Assembly: GCF_000284115.1 (NCBI RefSeq)
Contig: NC_017080.1
Location: 1,350,001-1,382,000, forward strand
From: Phycisphaera mikurensis NBRC 102666
GTDB taxonomy: Bacteria; Planctomycetota; Phycisphaerae; Phycisphaerales; Phycisphaeraceae
Length of the DNA stretch: 32,000 nucleotides
Reading direction: 5' to 3'
The notes beneath the pieces were generated by a model. That model made no database searches. It was given only the letters and a program-made list of their open reading frames with translations, and was not told where the DNA came from. A program made the position numbers and the translations under genes. Positions 31,359 through 32,000 of the stretch are shown one piece after another; the first letter of the stretch is position 1, and every line of letters begins with the position of its first letter.

Positions 31359-31404
31359 CCGCGGACCGTGAGCGTTCAGGCGGGAATCAGCCGGCGGTCC
31401 GCGG
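31359..31404. repeat. 46-bp palindromic element overlapping the mqn-like gene stop
   Basis: CCGCGGACCGT-N25-CGGTCCGCGG-ATCC, 46 bp in total. It encodes the last residues (...SLRGSADRRLIPA*) and spans the TGA at 31376-31378. Confidence 0.75.
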
Positions 31405-32000
31405 ATCCGCGGAGGCTCGGCTTGCCGGTCGCCCCGTCGCGGACGACCTCGCGGTAGAGCGTGTCCCGCTCGACGGGCGTGTACCCGGCCTCGGCGATGG
31501 TCCGCTCCAGCACCGGCACGCTGACCTCCTGGTGCGTCGGCCTCGCGTCCTCGCTCTGGACCTTGGTGATGTCGTACCAGACGACGGTGCCGTCGATGTC
31601 GTCGGCGCCGAAGTCGAGCATCACCTGGGCCATCGGCAGCGTCTGCATGATCCAGAATGCCTTGAGATGCTCGACGTTGTCGAGCATCAGCCGGGCGACG
31701 GCGATCGTGCGGAGGTTCTCCATCCCGGTCGGCCCCGGCAGGTGCTCCAGCGGGCTGCCGTCGGGGAAGAAGGGCAGCGGGATGAGGCACTGGAAGCGGG
31801 CGGGGAAGCCGCTGTCGATCGCCACGTCCTGCTCGTCGCGGAGCGCGAGCAGGTGATTCAGCCGGTTCTCGCGGCTCTCCAGGTGCCCGTAGAGCATCGT
31901 CGCGTTCGTGAAGAGCCCCAGCTCGTGCGCGACGCGGTGCACGGTCAGCCACTCGTCGCTGCGGATCTTGCCCCGCCACGCCTCGCGGTGCACGCGGTCG
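31376..32000 (-). CDS. futalosine-pathway radical-SAM enzyme (MqnC/MqnE/CofH family), C-terminal part; the gene continues beyond the right edge
   Basis: TNATMLYGHLESRENRLNHLLALRDEQD, FQCLIPLPFFPDG, IAVARLMLDNVEHLKAFW, DFGADDIDGTV, GYTPVERDTLY. The frame stays open to position 32000. Confidence 0.85.
   Translation of the reverse strand, partial: DRVHREAWRGKIRSDEWLTVHRVAHELGLFTNATMLYGHLESRENRLNHLLALRDEQDVAIDSGFPARFQCLIPLPFFPDGSPLEHLPGPTGMENLRTIAVARLMLDNVEHLKAFWIMQTLPMAQVMLDFGADDIDGTVVWYDITKVQSEDARPTHQEVSVPVLERTIAEAGYTPVERDTLYREVVRDGATGKPSLRGSADRRLIPA

Overview
This is a high-GC (~70%) bacterial chromosomal segment. From gene content I infer a PVC-superphylum origin, most like Planctomycetota/Phycisphaerae. 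The evidence is four S1 sulfatases without signal peptides, a prepilin-type (DUF1559/H-X9-DG-like) protein, two PEP-CTERM proteins, LL-DAP aminotransferase DapL and a futalosine-pathway radical-SAM enzyme.

The core (about 3.2-23.2 kb) looks like a sulfated-glycan utilisation locus. It holds four sulfatases, a frameshifted clan GH-A glycosidase, a 956-aa secreted FG-GAP/VCBS beta-propeller protein and a GH2 beta-mannosidase-like enzyme. It also holds a DapA/NanA-family aldolase, a sodium:solute symporter, a secreted LamG protein, a pseudopilin-like protein and a GntR/FadR-type regulator. LamG, symporter, aldolase, GH2 and sulfatase appear to form one minus-strand operon.

The right third carries housekeeping genes: Mn-type SOD, a sigma-70-family factor, dapL, a SAM methyltransferase, an isolated nuoI, flavodoxin, a stand-alone sigma region-4 protein, pdeM and a partial mqnC/E-like gene.

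Several non-coding signals are not explained by the genes:
- a 46-bp palindromic repeat family (CCGCGGACCGT-N24-ACGGTCCGCGG), 7 copies plus a short variant, one in frame inside GH2 and two overlapping gene 3' ends;
- a cluster of ~122-bp MITE-like hairpin elements around an FMN reductase gene;
- recurrent TGGTATACCA-type palindromic boxes upstream of the glycan genes, either a GntR operator or an extended -10;
- a TACGNT-N7-ATG arrangement suggesting leaderless mRNAs;
- a (CT)14 microsatellite abutting the flavodoxin promoter;
- a ~51% GC island at the left edge with a C2H2-zinc-finger-like micro-ORF.

Many very long ORFs in the track are antisense or off-frame artefacts of the high GC content. 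No rRNA, tRNA, CRISPR array or transposase gene was recognised. All coordinates were derived by hand and may be off by 1-2 nt.
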